DNA from: an uncultured Actinomycetota bacterium
GTDB lineage: Bacteria; Actinomycetota; Actinomycetes; Propionibacteriales; Nocardioidaceae
NCBI GenBank assembly: GCA_963761285.1
Contig: CAVXGJ010000008.1
Span: forward strand, 86,062 to 150,061
Reading direction: 5' to 3'
DNA: 64,000 nt
The notes below the pieces were generated by a model that made no database searches, had not been told where the DNA came from, and was given only the letters and a program-made list of their open reading frames with translations. Of this stretch, positions 28,142 to 37,953 are shown piece after piece. Made by a program: the position numbers and the translations under genes. The number at the start of each line of letters is the position of its first letter. The first letter of the stretch is position 1.

Positions 28142-29419
28142 ATGTCGAACCGTCGGAAACCTCGCAACCAGAAGTGTCGGTCACGCGCCCATGCGCCCGC
28201 AGACTTGCCCTGCAACCCGTACGCCGGGCTGGAGCCCTGGCTGGAGGCGATGCTCGAAGCGGATGCAGCCGAGAGCCGGGGCGACGCTGTCGGAGCGTTG
28301 AAGGTGATGCACCGGCGGCCCTTGGACCCCGACGGAAGGCCGTTCTGGCGGCCCTCGCGTGAGTTCCAGCTGGCTCAGATCGTCGAGCTGGGCCCCGACA
28401 TGCCCCGGTGGGCGGTGTCCCGCTGGATCCTCTGGCAGGCGCTCCATCACCTCTCAGAGCGAGAGCGGGGTTGCGGCCCTCGGACGCGGTTGAGCCGAGC
28501 CCTCCGGGCCGTGGCCGACCTGCACGGTAGGCCACCGTCCGGATCGCCCACCCTCGGTGGAAGCGAAGCCCATGAGCGGACCCAGGCCATCGATCACGAC
28601 TGGGTCTACCGACAGGTGCACCTCTTCGAGCTCGGCGGACTCGAGGCGTTCCTCGCCGACGGAGCCTCGGCCGACCTGATCGCCGGCGCCGACCGGGTCC
28701 GCGACTGGGCGCTGGCTCCCATGGGTGGCTTCACCTACGTCGGCGCCGGCAGCGCGACCCTGCTCTGGCGCGACCTGGCGACCCTCGAGACGGTGGTGAC
28801 GCCCAACATCGGGTCGGCCATCAACCTGGTGCCGGGAAGCACTGCGATCGGCCGGCTGGTGCCGGCCGGTGACGGGGTGATGTTCGAGAGCGCCCCGCTC
28901 GAGGTGCCCCGCGCCCTGGCACGGGCGGTCGCAGCGGACCCGGCGCAGTGGCTCGACCTGCTACGTGACTCCGGGCTGGTCGCCGACGGCACGATCTGCA
29001 CCGAGCATCGCGCTTGGACGACGGTGATGAGTGACGTGCCGCTGGTGCTCACCACCTTGGCGCTCGCGCGGCGCCCCGGCGAGCCTGAGCTCCCCGCGCA
29101 CGCTGCGCCGGCCGAATACGCCCGAGCCGCAATGGGTCTGGTGCGCGAGGCGATGGCCGACCTGCTCGTCGAGCCCCCTCACGACGCCGACTCGGACGAC
29201 GAGCACGAAGTCTGGGCCGACTGGGACTACGAACGGGAGTCCTGGCACGGCTGGCCCTACCTCCACGCCATCCTGCTCGATCCCTACGTCATCTCGGCTC
29301 TTGCCGGGGTGGTCACCTCTGAGGACTTGCCGCTGCTTGAGGAGGTGCGAGACATGCTCGCGGAGCCCGCGTCGACCTGGCTCGGTCGGCTCCTCGACGA
29401 GCGGGCTGCGGCGGCGTGA
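28142..29419 (+). CDS. Uncharacterised protein, paralogue B
   Basis: MSNRRKPR; DWVYRQ, LFELGGL, WALAPMGGF, NIG, IGRLVP, FESAP, PAQWL. Confidence 0.8.
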   Translation: MSNRRKPRNQKCRSRAHAPADLPCNPYAGLEPWLEAMLEADAAESRGDAVGALKVMHRRPLDPDGRPFWRPSREFQLAQIVELGPDMPRWAVSRWILWQALHHLSERERGCGPRTRLSRALRAVADLHGRPPSGSPTLGGSEAHERTQAIDHDWVYRQVHLFELGGLEAFLADGASADLIAGADRVRDWALAPMGGFTYVGAGSATLLWRDLATLETVVTPNIGSAINLVPGSTAIGRLVPAGDGVMFESAPLEVPRALARAVAADPAQWLDLLRDSGLVADGTICTEHRAWTTVMSDVPLVLTTLALARRPGEPELPAHAAPAEYARAAMGLVREAMADLLVEPPHDADSDDEHEVWADWDYERESWHGWPYLHAILLDPYVISALAGVVTSEDLPLLEEVRDMLAEPASTWLGRLLDERAAAA

Positions 29420-29463
29420 AGCCGTCGCCGACGAGGTGTGCGCAAAGTGCTACGTTTGGCTAC

Positions 29464-29724
29464 ATGGACTCGATCGCCTCCCGGGAGCTGCGCAACCACA
29501 CCGCAGCCGCCTTGGCCCGCGTGGCCGGCGGGGAGGTCCTCGCCGTCACGGTGCGCGGCGTCGCCGTCGCCGAGCTGCACCCACCGGGAGATCGGCGCCC
29601 GCGCTGCTTCACCGCCGCTGACGTCGACCGCATCGCGCGTACGCAGGCAGACCCGGGACTACGGGTGCAGCTTCGTGAGCTCGCCGGGGAGACGACCGAC
29701 GACCTCGGCGCGCCGTGGTCGTGA
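29464..29724 (+). CDS. vapB: Phd/YefM-family antitoxin
   Basis: IASRELRNHTAAALARVAGGEVLAVTVRGVAVAEL; overlaps the PIN gene (GTGA). Confidence 0.85.
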   Translation: MDSIASRELRNHTAAALARVAGGEVLAVTVRGVAVAELHPPGDRRPRCFTAADVDRIARTQADPGLRVQLRELAGETTDDLGAPWS

Positions 29725-30116
29725 CGCGGGGCCTGATGGACACCAGCGTTTTCATCGCCGCCGAGTCGGGGCGTGCCCTCGACCTGGGCAGCCTTCCTGC
29801 GGAGTCCTTGGTCTGCGTCATCACCCTGGCCGAGCTCGAAGCGGGCGTCTTGGCCGCACCCGACACCGCGAGCCGGCAGCGGCGACTCGCGACGCTCCAG
29901 ACCGCGGCGAGCCTGCAGCCCCTGACGATCACCTCCGACGTCGCATCGCACTGGGCCGGACTGCGGGTCCACCTTGCGCAGGCGCACCGGTCGATGGGTG
30001 CCAACGACCTGTGGATCGCTGCGGTTGCCGCAGCGCACCATCTGCCGGTGGTGACCCAGGACAACGACTTCGACGTCTTGGTCGAGCTGGGACTGATCGA
30101 GGTCATCCGGGTCTGA
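29721..30116 (+). CDS. vapC: PIN-domain toxin
   Basis: LMDTSVF, ITLAEL, NDLWIAA, VTQDNDF. Confidence 0.9.
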   Translation: MTRGLMDTSVFIAAESGRALDLGSLPAESLVCVITLAELEAGVLAAPDTASRQRRLATLQTAASLQPLTITSDVASHWAGLRVHLAQAHRSMGANDLWIAAVAAAHHLPVVTQDNDFDVLVELGLIEVIRV

Positions 30117-30127
30117 GGGCCTGCGGC

Positions 30128-30799
30128 TCAGGGGCCCTGCGGCTCGTCGAGGCACTCCACGACCAACCCGTCCTCGACCACGCACTGGTAGGGCGCTGCG
30201 CCCGGCGAGATGAAGAAGACGCCGTTGTCGTCGGGACCGCTCAGCGTGTAGTCGCCGTTGCCGTCATACGGATCGAAGAACGCGACTGCCCCCTCCACGG
30301 CGACCGCCTCCGCCGCGGCCCGGTCGCCGTCAAGGATCGCGTCGAAGAACCTTTGGACCGCCTCGGCGTTGGTGAGTGGGTCGTCGCCCTGCGGCTCGTC
30401 CTCACAGCGCTGCACCACGCCGCCCTCCACCAGACACTGGTACGGCGCTGCGCCCGGCGAGATGAAGAAGATGCCGTTCTCGTCCGGACCGCTCAGCGTG
30501 TAGTCGCCGTTGCCGTCATACGGATCGAAGAAGGCGACCGCCTCCTCGGTCGCCACCGCCTCCGCTGCGACGCGGTCACCCTCGACGACCGCGTCGAAGA
30601 AGAGCTGAACGGCAGCGGCGTCGTCGATGACAGCCGGGCTTGCCGGGTCCGCGGTCACGGTGACCGTCTCGGTGACGGTGGTCGTGGGCGTCGCGACGGG
30701 GGAGTCCTCGGCCGAACAACCCGTGCCCACAAGGGCGACACAGCAGAACGCGGCGGCGAGACGAACGGGATCGAAGCCGGCGAGGGTCGTCATGCCCAT
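30128..30799 (-). CDS. Lipoprotein with a tandemly duplicated approximately 84-aa domain
   Basis: Lipobox ...VGTGC; two copies of FFDPYDGNGDYTLSGPD...ISPGAAPYQC at 252-nt offset. Confidence 0.8.
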   Translation of the reverse strand: MGMTTLAGFDPVRLAAAFCCVALVGTGCSAEDSPVATPTTTVTETVTVTADPASPAVIDDAAAVQLFFDAVVEGDRVAAEAVATEEAVAFFDPYDGNGDYTLSGPDENGIFFISPGAAPYQCLVEGGVVQRCEDEPQGDDPLTNAEAVQRFFDAILDGDRAAAEAVAVEGAVAFFDPYDGNGDYTLSGPDDNGVFFISPGAAPYQCVVEDGLVVECLDEPQGP

Positions 30800-30860
30800 C
30801 GACGTTACGACGGTGCGGACGTTTCCGTGGCGATACGCCGACGCTCGCCGACGGACGCGG

Positions 30861-32162
30861 TCAGGCGTTCTGGTCGCTGTGGTCCGACCGACGAGTCACG
30901 ATGACCTGGCTGACGGCGATGATCGCCGCCACGCTCAATGACACCGCCAGCGTGAGGACGTCGTCGCGTGCCTTGATCGTGACGAAGGCACCGAGCACCA
31001 CGAGATCGAGCGCGATTGCGATCGCCGGGACAACGGGAGTCGCCTTGATGTCGATGCGCAGGTGCCGGATCACGCCCCAGTGGATGGCGATGTCCATGGC
31101 GAGGTAGAGGATCGCGCCCATCGAGGCGATCTGACCCAGGTCGAGAAACGCCGCGAGCACGATCGCCAGACCAGCGGTCACCACCAGCGACTGGTGGGGC
31201 ACGCGCGACGGCAGACCCGGCGCCTGCCCCATGTCGCGCAACATGTCGTAGAGCCGGGTGACCGAGTAGATGCTGGCCAGCAGGCCGGAGAAGGTCGCCA
31301 CGACGGCGAGGGCGATCGTGAGCCCCACGCCCCAGGACCCGAAGAGGGGTTCCGCTGCCGCGGCCAGCGCGTAGTCGCGGGCCTTGACGATCTCGTCGAC
31401 GCTGAGGCTGCCGGCCACGGCCACGGTCAGCACCAGGTACAGGACGGCGCAGAGCACGATCGAGATGGTGATCGAACGGGCCAGGTTCTTCTTCGGGTCC
31501 CTGATGTCACCGCCCTGGTTGGTGATGGTGGTGAAGCCCTTGTAGGCCAGGATGCAGAGCGTCGTCCCGGCGAGGAAGCCGAGCACTCCCTGGTCGCTGC
31601 TGCCGTTGTCGGCGCTTGCGAAGTCGAGCATCGACGACGGCCCGGTCGCGATGATCGCACCGATGGCCAGAGCACCGATGCCGAGGATCTTCAGGCCGGC
31701 CGTCACCGTGGCTGACCGCTCGACCCACTGGGTGCCGACCAGGTTGATGAGTGCAGCGACGACGATGACGCCCACGGCGAGCGCGGGCACCAGGACTGCG
31801 GAGTCCTCGAGCCCAAAGGGGCGCAGTGCGTAGGTGCCGAAGGTGCGGCCCAGCAGGCTCTGGGCCACCACCATCGAGACGTACATGAACAACGAGAACG
31901 TGCCGGCGATGACCCCCGGTCCGTACGCCGCCTTGAGCAGCATTGCGATGCCGCCGGAGGACGGATTGGTATCGGAGTAGCGCACGTAGGAGTAGGCGCT
32001 GAAGCCTACGACCACGGCGCCGGCGAGGAACGCCAGCGGCATCAGGGTGCCCGCCAGCTCGCTCACCTGGCCGACGAGGGCGAAGATGCCGGCCCCGATC
32101 ATCACGCCGGTGCCGAGGGAGACCGAGCCTGCCAGGGACAGCTTGTCGTCGTGCTCGGACAT
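30861..32162 (-). CDS. APC-family amino acid/polyamine permease
   Basis: GTGVMIGAGIF, GGIA, about 12 TM helices. Confidence 0.9.
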   Translation of the reverse strand: MSEHDDKLSLAGSVSLGTGVMIGAGIFALVGQVSELAGTLMPLAFLAGAVVVGFSAYSYVRYSDTNPSSGGIAMLLKAAYGPGVIAGTFSLFMYVSMVVAQSLLGRTFGTYALRPFGLEDSAVLVPALAVGVIVVAALINLVGTQWVERSATVTAGLKILGIGALAIGAIIATGPSSMLDFASADNGSSDQGVLGFLAGTTLCILAYKGFTTITNQGGDIRDPKKNLARSITISIVLCAVLYLVLTVAVAGSLSVDEIVKARDYALAAAAEPLFGSWGVGLTIALAVVATFSGLLASIYSVTRLYDMLRDMGQAPGLPSRVPHQSLVVTAGLAIVLAAFLDLGQIASMGAILYLAMDIAIHWGVIRHLRIDIKATPVVPAIAIALDLVVLGAFVTIKARDDVLTLAVSLSVAAIIAVSQVIVTRRSDHSDQNA

Positions 32163-32219
32163 GGCGCCGAACCTAGCCAGCCGAGCCCCGGACGCCCTAC
32201 ATCCGTGGGGATGGGGTCG

Positions 32220-32274
32220 GTTATCCACAGATCGCTCCGACCCCCTGGCGACGGACCCGTTCTCGGCGCAGGCT
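32220..32274 (+). promoter_or_regulatory. DnaA-box-type motif plus -10 (leaderless)
   Basis: GTTATCCACAGATCGCTCCG 32220; CAGGCT 32269; ATG 32281. Confidence 0.7.
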
Positions 32275-32280
32275 CGGGTC

Positions 32281-33468
32281 ATGTCTCGGTCTCGGAAGCG
32301 CCCCTCGTCCATCCCGCCCGCTCGGCCGTCCAGCGGCCGCTACCGCTCGGTCGCCAGCCAGATGACCCTCGATCACGAGCTCGCCGTCGCGGAGGCCAGT
32401 GCCGCCGAGCTCCGCGGCGACTGGGCCACCGCCTTGGCCCGCCACCGGTCCGTGCCGATGTTCGTGGAGTCGCACCACGGCGCGATGTTGTCGGCGCTGG
32501 CGACCTTCGGGGACGACGCGCCCCGATGGTGGGTCACGCGTTTCCTCACCGCAATGGCGCACCGCCACGAGCTCTACGCCCAGCCGACGCGTTCGAGCAG
32601 CGTGCTGCAGACCCTGGTGCCGCTGCTCTACCCCCACGGCATCGACATCGACGCCCTGGACTGCGACCACACCGAGCAGATCGCCTCGACGATCTTCGGC
32701 TGCGACTGGGTGGTCCGGCAGGCCGATGTCTTCGACCTCGGCGGGCTGCGCGATCTGATCGCGATGCCCGAGGCGCAGGGCGCGCTGGCGCAGGCCGAGT
32801 ACGTCGCGGAGTGGGCCGCGGCTCCGATGGGCGGCTATCGCGTGGTCGTCGCCGACGGCGAGGTCCTGACCATCGCCGACGCAGTCAGTGGTGAGGAGAT
32901 GGAGCTCCTCGACCTCGGCCTCACCTGCCAGCACGAGCCCGGCACCCACGTGCTGGGTCGCGTCGTGCCCACCGGCGCCGGACCCGGCCGACTCTTCGAC
33001 TGGGCGCCTCTCCCGGTGGACCAGCGCATCGCACGCGAGGTCGCCGGGCAGCCCGACCGCTGGCTCGCTGTCATCGCCTCGCGGACCAGGTCAGGGGCCA
33101 TGGCGCCGGGCTTCGCCCACCGCCCCGAGCTGTCGGTGCACGCCGACCTCCCGCAGTTCTCGTGGGCGCTGCTGCTGGGACACCCGATCGGCACGAGGCT
33201 GCCGCGCGCGCCGAGGACGATGGTCGCCGAGGCGCTCAAGGTCGCCCTCACGCTCCCCGTCGACGACCTCGAGCGGCACCGCCACCTGGTGGCCCAGCTC
33301 CTCCTCGACGAGCTCGTGCACGAGCGATTGCTAGAGCGCTTCGCATCACCGACCTACCGTGGCGCGTGGCAAGCGCTGGCGAAGATCCTGCCCACCCCCG
33401 CGCGCGGACGCTGCGAGCAGGCGCTCTGGCTGATCGACGCCGTGACCGGCGACGAGCTCGCGGGGTGA
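32281..33468 (+). CDS. Uncharacterised protein, paralogue C
   Basis: MSRSRKRP; DWVVRQ, VFDLGGL, WAAAPMGGY, LDLG, LGRVVP, PDRWL. Confidence 0.8.
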   Translation: MSRSRKRPSSIPPARPSSGRYRSVASQMTLDHELAVAEASAAELRGDWATALARHRSVPMFVESHHGAMLSALATFGDDAPRWWVTRFLTAMAHRHELYAQPTRSSSVLQTLVPLLYPHGIDIDALDCDHTEQIASTIFGCDWVVRQADVFDLGGLRDLIAMPEAQGALAQAEYVAEWAAAPMGGYRVVVADGEVLTIADAVSGEEMELLDLGLTCQHEPGTHVLGRVVPTGAGPGRLFDWAPLPVDQRIAREVAGQPDRWLAVIASRTRSGAMAPGFAHRPELSVHADLPQFSWALLLGHPIGTRLPRAPRTMVAEALKVALTLPVDDLERHRHLVAQLLLDELVHERLLERFASPTYRGAWQALAKILPTPARGRCEQALWLIDAVTGDELAG

Positions 33469-33476
33469 GCGAGGAC

Positions 33477-34043
33477 TCAGAGCAGCGCGATCATCACGTA
33501 GCCGTCGACAGGAGTGCCGTCGAGCTTCGTCAGGAACACGCCATGGCCGCCGTGCGGGTTGCACTGGCTGCCGTACTCGAGGTTGACCGTGGCGACGTAC
33601 TTGGTGAAGTCCTGGCCGTGGGCGGAGGCGATCACGGGTCCGTAGTTGCCGATCCCGGTCGAGTTGCCGTTGTTGCCGAGGCAGTAGACGCCGGTGGCCG
33701 GGTGCACGATGGTGAGGTTGGCGAAGGTGCCCTGCTGGTTGTAGAGGGTGCCGTTGGGCTGGATCATCGCGTAGCCCCGGGCGAGGCCGGCGTCGCCCTC
33801 GGGGCCCTGGGCACCCTCGGGGCCCTGCGGACCCTGCTCACCCGCCGCGCCGGTCGCTCCCTTCTTGCCCTTGAGAGCCTTGACGGTCGACTTCTTGAGG
33901 TCCACGACCTTGATCGTGTGGTCCTTGATCTGGGCGCTCGTCACCAGCGACCCGGCGACGGCCGAGCCTGCAGAGACGAGGACCAGGGCGAGCAGCGCGA
34001 CCACCATCGAGGGGGTCGGGACGAGTCTTCTGAGGATGCGCAT
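33477..34043 (-). CDS. Secreted protein with short collagen-like (Gly-X-Y) segment
   Basis: Signal peptide; GKKGATGAAGEQGPQGPEGAQGPEGDAG; RBS AGGAG. Confidence 0.8.
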   Translation of the reverse strand: MRILRRLVPTPSMVVALLALVLVSAGSAVAGSLVTSAQIKDHTIKVVDLKKSTVKALKGKKGATGAAGEQGPQGPEGAQGPEGDAGLARGYAMIQPNGTLYNQQGTFANLTIVHPATGVYCLGNNGNSTGIGNYGPVIASAHGQDFTKYVATVNLEYGSQCNPHGGHGVFLTKLDGTPVDGYVMIALL

Positions 34044-34231
34044 GGCGTGCTCCTAGGGGTCTGGGTCCAAAGACACATGAATCTCATCGTGAACCCGGCC
34101 CGGGGGACCCGCCATGACCCGTTCTGACCACCCGTCCATAGCCCGCCCGGGTGATCTCGCGCGAGGGTTCGATCGTTGGTCGCGTGCGGGGCCGAACCGG
34201 TGTTGCGGCGCCACTTACTAGCCTGGACACC

Positions 34232-35689
34232 GTGAGCCCTCGCGACCCCCGCCTGCCCGACAACGTCCGAGCGCTGCGACCGGCCGACGCCGAGCGGCTC
34301 CTGCAGGACCTCGTCGGGCATGCTGCGGCACCCTCCTTCGGCCAGCTGCCCGAGCGCACGCCACCGGAACCGTGGGCGGCGCCCTCGCAGGCCCGGCTGT
34401 TCACTGTGATGCTCGCCCTCGACGACCTGGAGCCGCTCATCTGGCGCCGGCTCGCGGTGGCGGGCGACGTCACCCTCGACGAGCTGCACGGCGTCCTGCA
34501 GGAGGCGATGGGGTGGACCGACTCGCACCTGCACCGCTTCGTGATGGGTCCCGGTGAGCGCGACCACGGTCGGCTGCCCTTCGTGGAGCCCTACGCCGAG
34601 TCCGAGGGCGACGACGGCATCGTCGAGCGCGACATACGACTCGATCAGGTGCTCGCCGAGGAGGGCGACCGGCTCTACTACGACTACGACTTCGGCGACG
34701 GGTGGGAGCACACGATCACGGTCGAGGCAGTGAAGCCGCTCGAGGACGACTCGCCGCGAGCGACGTGCCTGGACGGCGCCCGCGCCTGCCCGCCGGAGGA
34801 CGTCGGCGGGGTCCCGGGCTACGAGGAGGTGCTCGAGGCGCTGGAGCGCCCCGGCGCCCCCGTCTCGGACTGGATGCGGCAGGTCCTCGACTGGCTGCCG
34901 GAGGGCTTCTATCCGTCGAAGTTCGACCTGGCCCGGACCGACGAGCTCGTACGTCGCGCCGCCGTGCCCACCCCCGAGCTGCCGCCGGCGCACCTGCTGC
35001 CCGCGCCGCTGGTCGAGGTGGTGGCCGGGCTCGACGACCGAGGTGCCGCCATGGTGGCGCACTGGTGCGTCGACGCGCTGGCACCCGTGGCGCTCGACGC
35101 CGAGGCGGCCACCGCGATCACCGCCCCCTGGCGGATGCTCCTCGACACCGTCGGCGACGGGATGGCGCTCACCGGCGCGGGCTACCTGCCGCCGGCCGTG
35201 GTCTCAGCCCTGATCGCCGGGTTGCCGGTGCGCAACCTGTGGGGCAAGGGCAACCGGGAAGAGCACACGCCGCCGGTCGCCGACCTGCACCAGACCGCTC
35301 GCACCCTCGGCCTGGTCCGCAAGGCGAAGGGCCGCCTGCTGCCCACCACCCTCGGCACCCGGCTCCGCCAGGATCCCGACGCGCTGGTCCGGCACCTGGC
35401 CGCTCGCCTGACGCCCGGCAAGAAGCCGAACCAGCGCGAGGCTGAGTGGCTGGTCGTGCTGGCGGCGGCCGCCGGGGTCATCGAACCGTACGACGACGTC
35501 GCGCAGGCTCTCTCGGGGATGGGCTGGCGTCAGAGCAACGGCGCACTGCTGCGCCGAGACCACCCCTACCACTGGGCGCACCATCCCCGAGCCGTGCTCG
35601 GCCTCGCCGGCTGGAACCCTGGGAAGTACGACGATCTCTCGCACGACCCGCGCGCCAGGATCCTGGCCCAGCTCGCGGTGCAGACCTGA
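34232..35689 (+). CDS. pRiA4b ORF-3-like domain protein with C-terminal extension
   Basis: IWRRL, LHGVLQEAMGWTDSHLHRF, YDYDFGDGWEH, CPPEDVGG. Confidence 0.85.
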   Translation: MSPRDPRLPDNVRALRPADAERLLQDLVGHAAAPSFGQLPERTPPEPWAAPSQARLFTVMLALDDLEPLIWRRLAVAGDVTLDELHGVLQEAMGWTDSHLHRFVMGPGERDHGRLPFVEPYAESEGDDGIVERDIRLDQVLAEEGDRLYYDYDFGDGWEHTITVEAVKPLEDDSPRATCLDGARACPPEDVGGVPGYEEVLEALERPGAPVSDWMRQVLDWLPEGFYPSKFDLARTDELVRRAAVPTPELPPAHLLPAPLVEVVAGLDDRGAAMVAHWCVDALAPVALDAEAATAITAPWRMLLDTVGDGMALTGAGYLPPAVVSALIAGLPVRNLWGKGNREEHTPPVADLHQTARTLGLVRKAKGRLLPTTLGTRLRQDPDALVRHLAARLTPGKKPNQREAEWLVVLAAAAGVIEPYDDVAQALSGMGWRQSNGALLRRDHPYHWAHHPRAVLGLAGWNPGKYDDLSHDPRARILAQLAVQT

Positions 35690-35757
35690 CCCAAGGCGCT
35701 CGCAACTCTGCTTGACTGTGGCCCCGTCGGACGGCGGACCACCGTCAGGGGGAGACG

Positions 35758-36652
35758 ATGAACGACTCGGCGCTGATCAGCATCGGCCTACCGATCGCGC
35801 TGGCGATCATCATGTTCGGCCTCGGTCTCTCCTTGACCGTCGACGACTTCCGGCGGGTCGCCCGCACCCCGCGCGCGGTCGCCGTCGCGCTGGTGCTGCA
35901 GGTGCTGGTGCTGCCGGTCATCGCGTTCGGCCTGGTCGTGGCCTTCGACCTCGACCCGCTCCTGGCCGTCGGGGTGATGCTGCTGGCGGCCTCGCCCGGC
36001 GGCACGACCGCCAACCTGTTCAGCCACCTCTTCCACGGCGACGTCGCCCTCAACGTCAGCCTCACCGCGATCAACTCGGTCCTGGCCGCCTTCACGATCC
36101 CGCTCATCACCAACCTCGCGATCGACTACTTCGACGCCGACGGCGAGCTGGGGCTCCAGGTCGGCAAGGTGCTGCAGGTGATGGCGATCGTGCATCGTGC
36201 CGGTCGTGGTCGGGCATGGTCGTGCGCAGCCGCTCGGCAGCTTCGCGGCGCGCGCCGACCGCCCGGTGCGGATCTTCTCGATCGTGGTGCTCGTCATCGT
36301 CGCCGTCGGTGCCCTGCTGGGGGAGCGCGACAACATCGGCGGCTACCTCCAGCAGGTCGGCCTCGTCACCGGGATCTTCTGCGCCGCCAGCCTCACCCTC
36401 GGCTACGTCGGCGCCCGGGTGATGCGCCTCGACGAGCCGCAGGCCATCGCCAGCTCGATGGAGGTCGGCATCCACAACACCACCATCGCGCTCACCATCG
36501 CGCTGAGCGTCCTCGACAGCACCGAGGTCGCCATCCCGGCGGCCGTCTACTCGGTGCTGATGTACGTGCTCGCGACCGCCTTCGGGTTCCTGATCACCCG
36601 CGGCCGCCGCTCGTCGCGCTCGGCCGGGACCACTGTCGGTGGTCACCCCTAA
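35758..36652 (+). CDS. Bile acid:sodium symporter family transporter (frameshift near 36190)
   Basis: IMFGLGLSLT, SPGGTTAN, GDVAL, MEVGIHN. Confidence 0.88.
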
Positions 36653-36687
36653 CGTCTCTCCCATCGGGACGAGAGGTAGGGGTGAGG

Positions 36688-37953
36688 ATGAGCGAGAGCA
36701 CGGATCTGGAGGCTGCCACCGAGGCGGCGTGGCTGACCTTCCGCGGCCGGCTGGCCGACCACATCGCGGTGATGGACGACGACGACGTGTTGTTCGTCGA
36801 GTTCAGCGGTGTGGTCGACCCGGGTGCCGTCGGCAGCAACCCCTACGTGCAGGTGTGCGCCTTCGACGGTGACCTGGTGCAGGTCGAGGCGGCGAGCAAC
36901 TGCTTCCTGGACGACCGGTGTCTCCTGGGCGCCGATGACCACGCAGCCCTGCTCGCCCTGGGGTGGGACGAGCCCGGCGAGGAGCCCGGCTGGGAGAACT
37001 ACCACCTCACCTTCGAGCAACGCTCCGCCGACGAGGTCGCGGTCCTGCTCGTCGCCACGCTGCGTGAGGTGTACGCCGTCCCGCACCCCGCGTTCGTGCG
37101 CGCCGACGCCCTGGCGCCCGAGGCCGGTGCCCCGGCGCCGGTGGTCGGACCGACGCCGGCCGACGACCCCGAGGAGACCGAGGAGACCGAGCTCGAGGGG
37201 ATCCCCAACGGTCCCGAGCACCTCCAGCTCATGGTCGACGCCGCGCTGACGACGATGCTGCCCGACCTCAAGCACGACCACGACGGCGACATCTCGATCG
37301 TGGCCGGCTCCAGCCTGGTCTTCGTGCGGGTCATCACCGACCGGCCGTGCGTCGAGCTCTACGCCGAGATCGTCATCGGCCCGCAAGACCTCGAACGCCT
37401 CGACACCGAGCTGGTGCTGCTCAATGCGGCCTACCCGCTCTGGAAGTTCGCCCGACGTGACGAGCTGGTCGTGATGACCCACGAGATGATGGCGCTGCCG
37501 TTCGCGTCGTTCGGGTTGCGCACCCTGGTGACGCGGTTCGTCGCGGAGGTCGACCGGATCGCTGCCGACCTGTCCGCCCGGGTCGGCGGACGTCTCTTCC
37601 TCGACGAGGAGCCGGTCGAGGACGAGCGCGACGTGCTGCTGACCGGGCTCCTCGAGCTGCTCCACCTCGAGCGGGTCCGACCGGCGACGGTCGCCGGGCT
37701 CTTCGGCCACGACCGGCTCGAGATCATCCGCCAGATCGTCCGCATCCGCAGCGGCCGGCAGTCGTGCGACGACCTCGATGAGGACGTCGTGCTGACCGCG
37801 CTGCGCAAGGCGCTGCGCTTGGTCTCCGACGGCGAGCCGGTCGCGACGGTGGTGCCGCCGAAGCCGCGTCGGCGCTCGGTGCAGGAGCCGCTGCTCGACG
37901 GGCTCGACGGGCTCGGGGCCGATGGGTCGTTCGACCTGGGGTGGTCTGCCTAG
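36688..37953 (+). CDS. Multi-domain T3SS-chaperone/YbjN-like (TY-Chap) protein
   Basis: PYVQ..., SNCFL...LGW N-terminal domain; DHDGD...GSSLVFVRV...LN...WKF YbjN-like domain (recognised from memory). Confidence 0.55.
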   Translation: MSESTDLEAATEAAWLTFRGRLADHIAVMDDDDVLFVEFSGVVDPGAVGSNPYVQVCAFDGDLVQVEAASNCFLDDRCLLGADDHAALLALGWDEPGEEPGWENYHLTFEQRSADEVAVLLVATLREVYAVPHPAFVRADALAPEAGAPAPVVGPTPADDPEETEETELEGIPNGPEHLQLMVDAALTTMLPDLKHDHDGDISIVAGSSLVFVRVITDRPCVELYAEIVIGPQDLERLDTELVLLNAAYPLWKFARRDELVVMTHEMMALPFASFGLRTLVTRFVAEVDRIAADLSARVGGRLFLDEEPVEDERDVLLTGLLELLHLERVRPATVAGLFGHDRLEIIRQIVRIRSGRQSCDDLDEDVVLTALRKALRLVSDGEPVATVVPPKPRRRSVQEPLLDGLDGLGADGSFDLGWSA

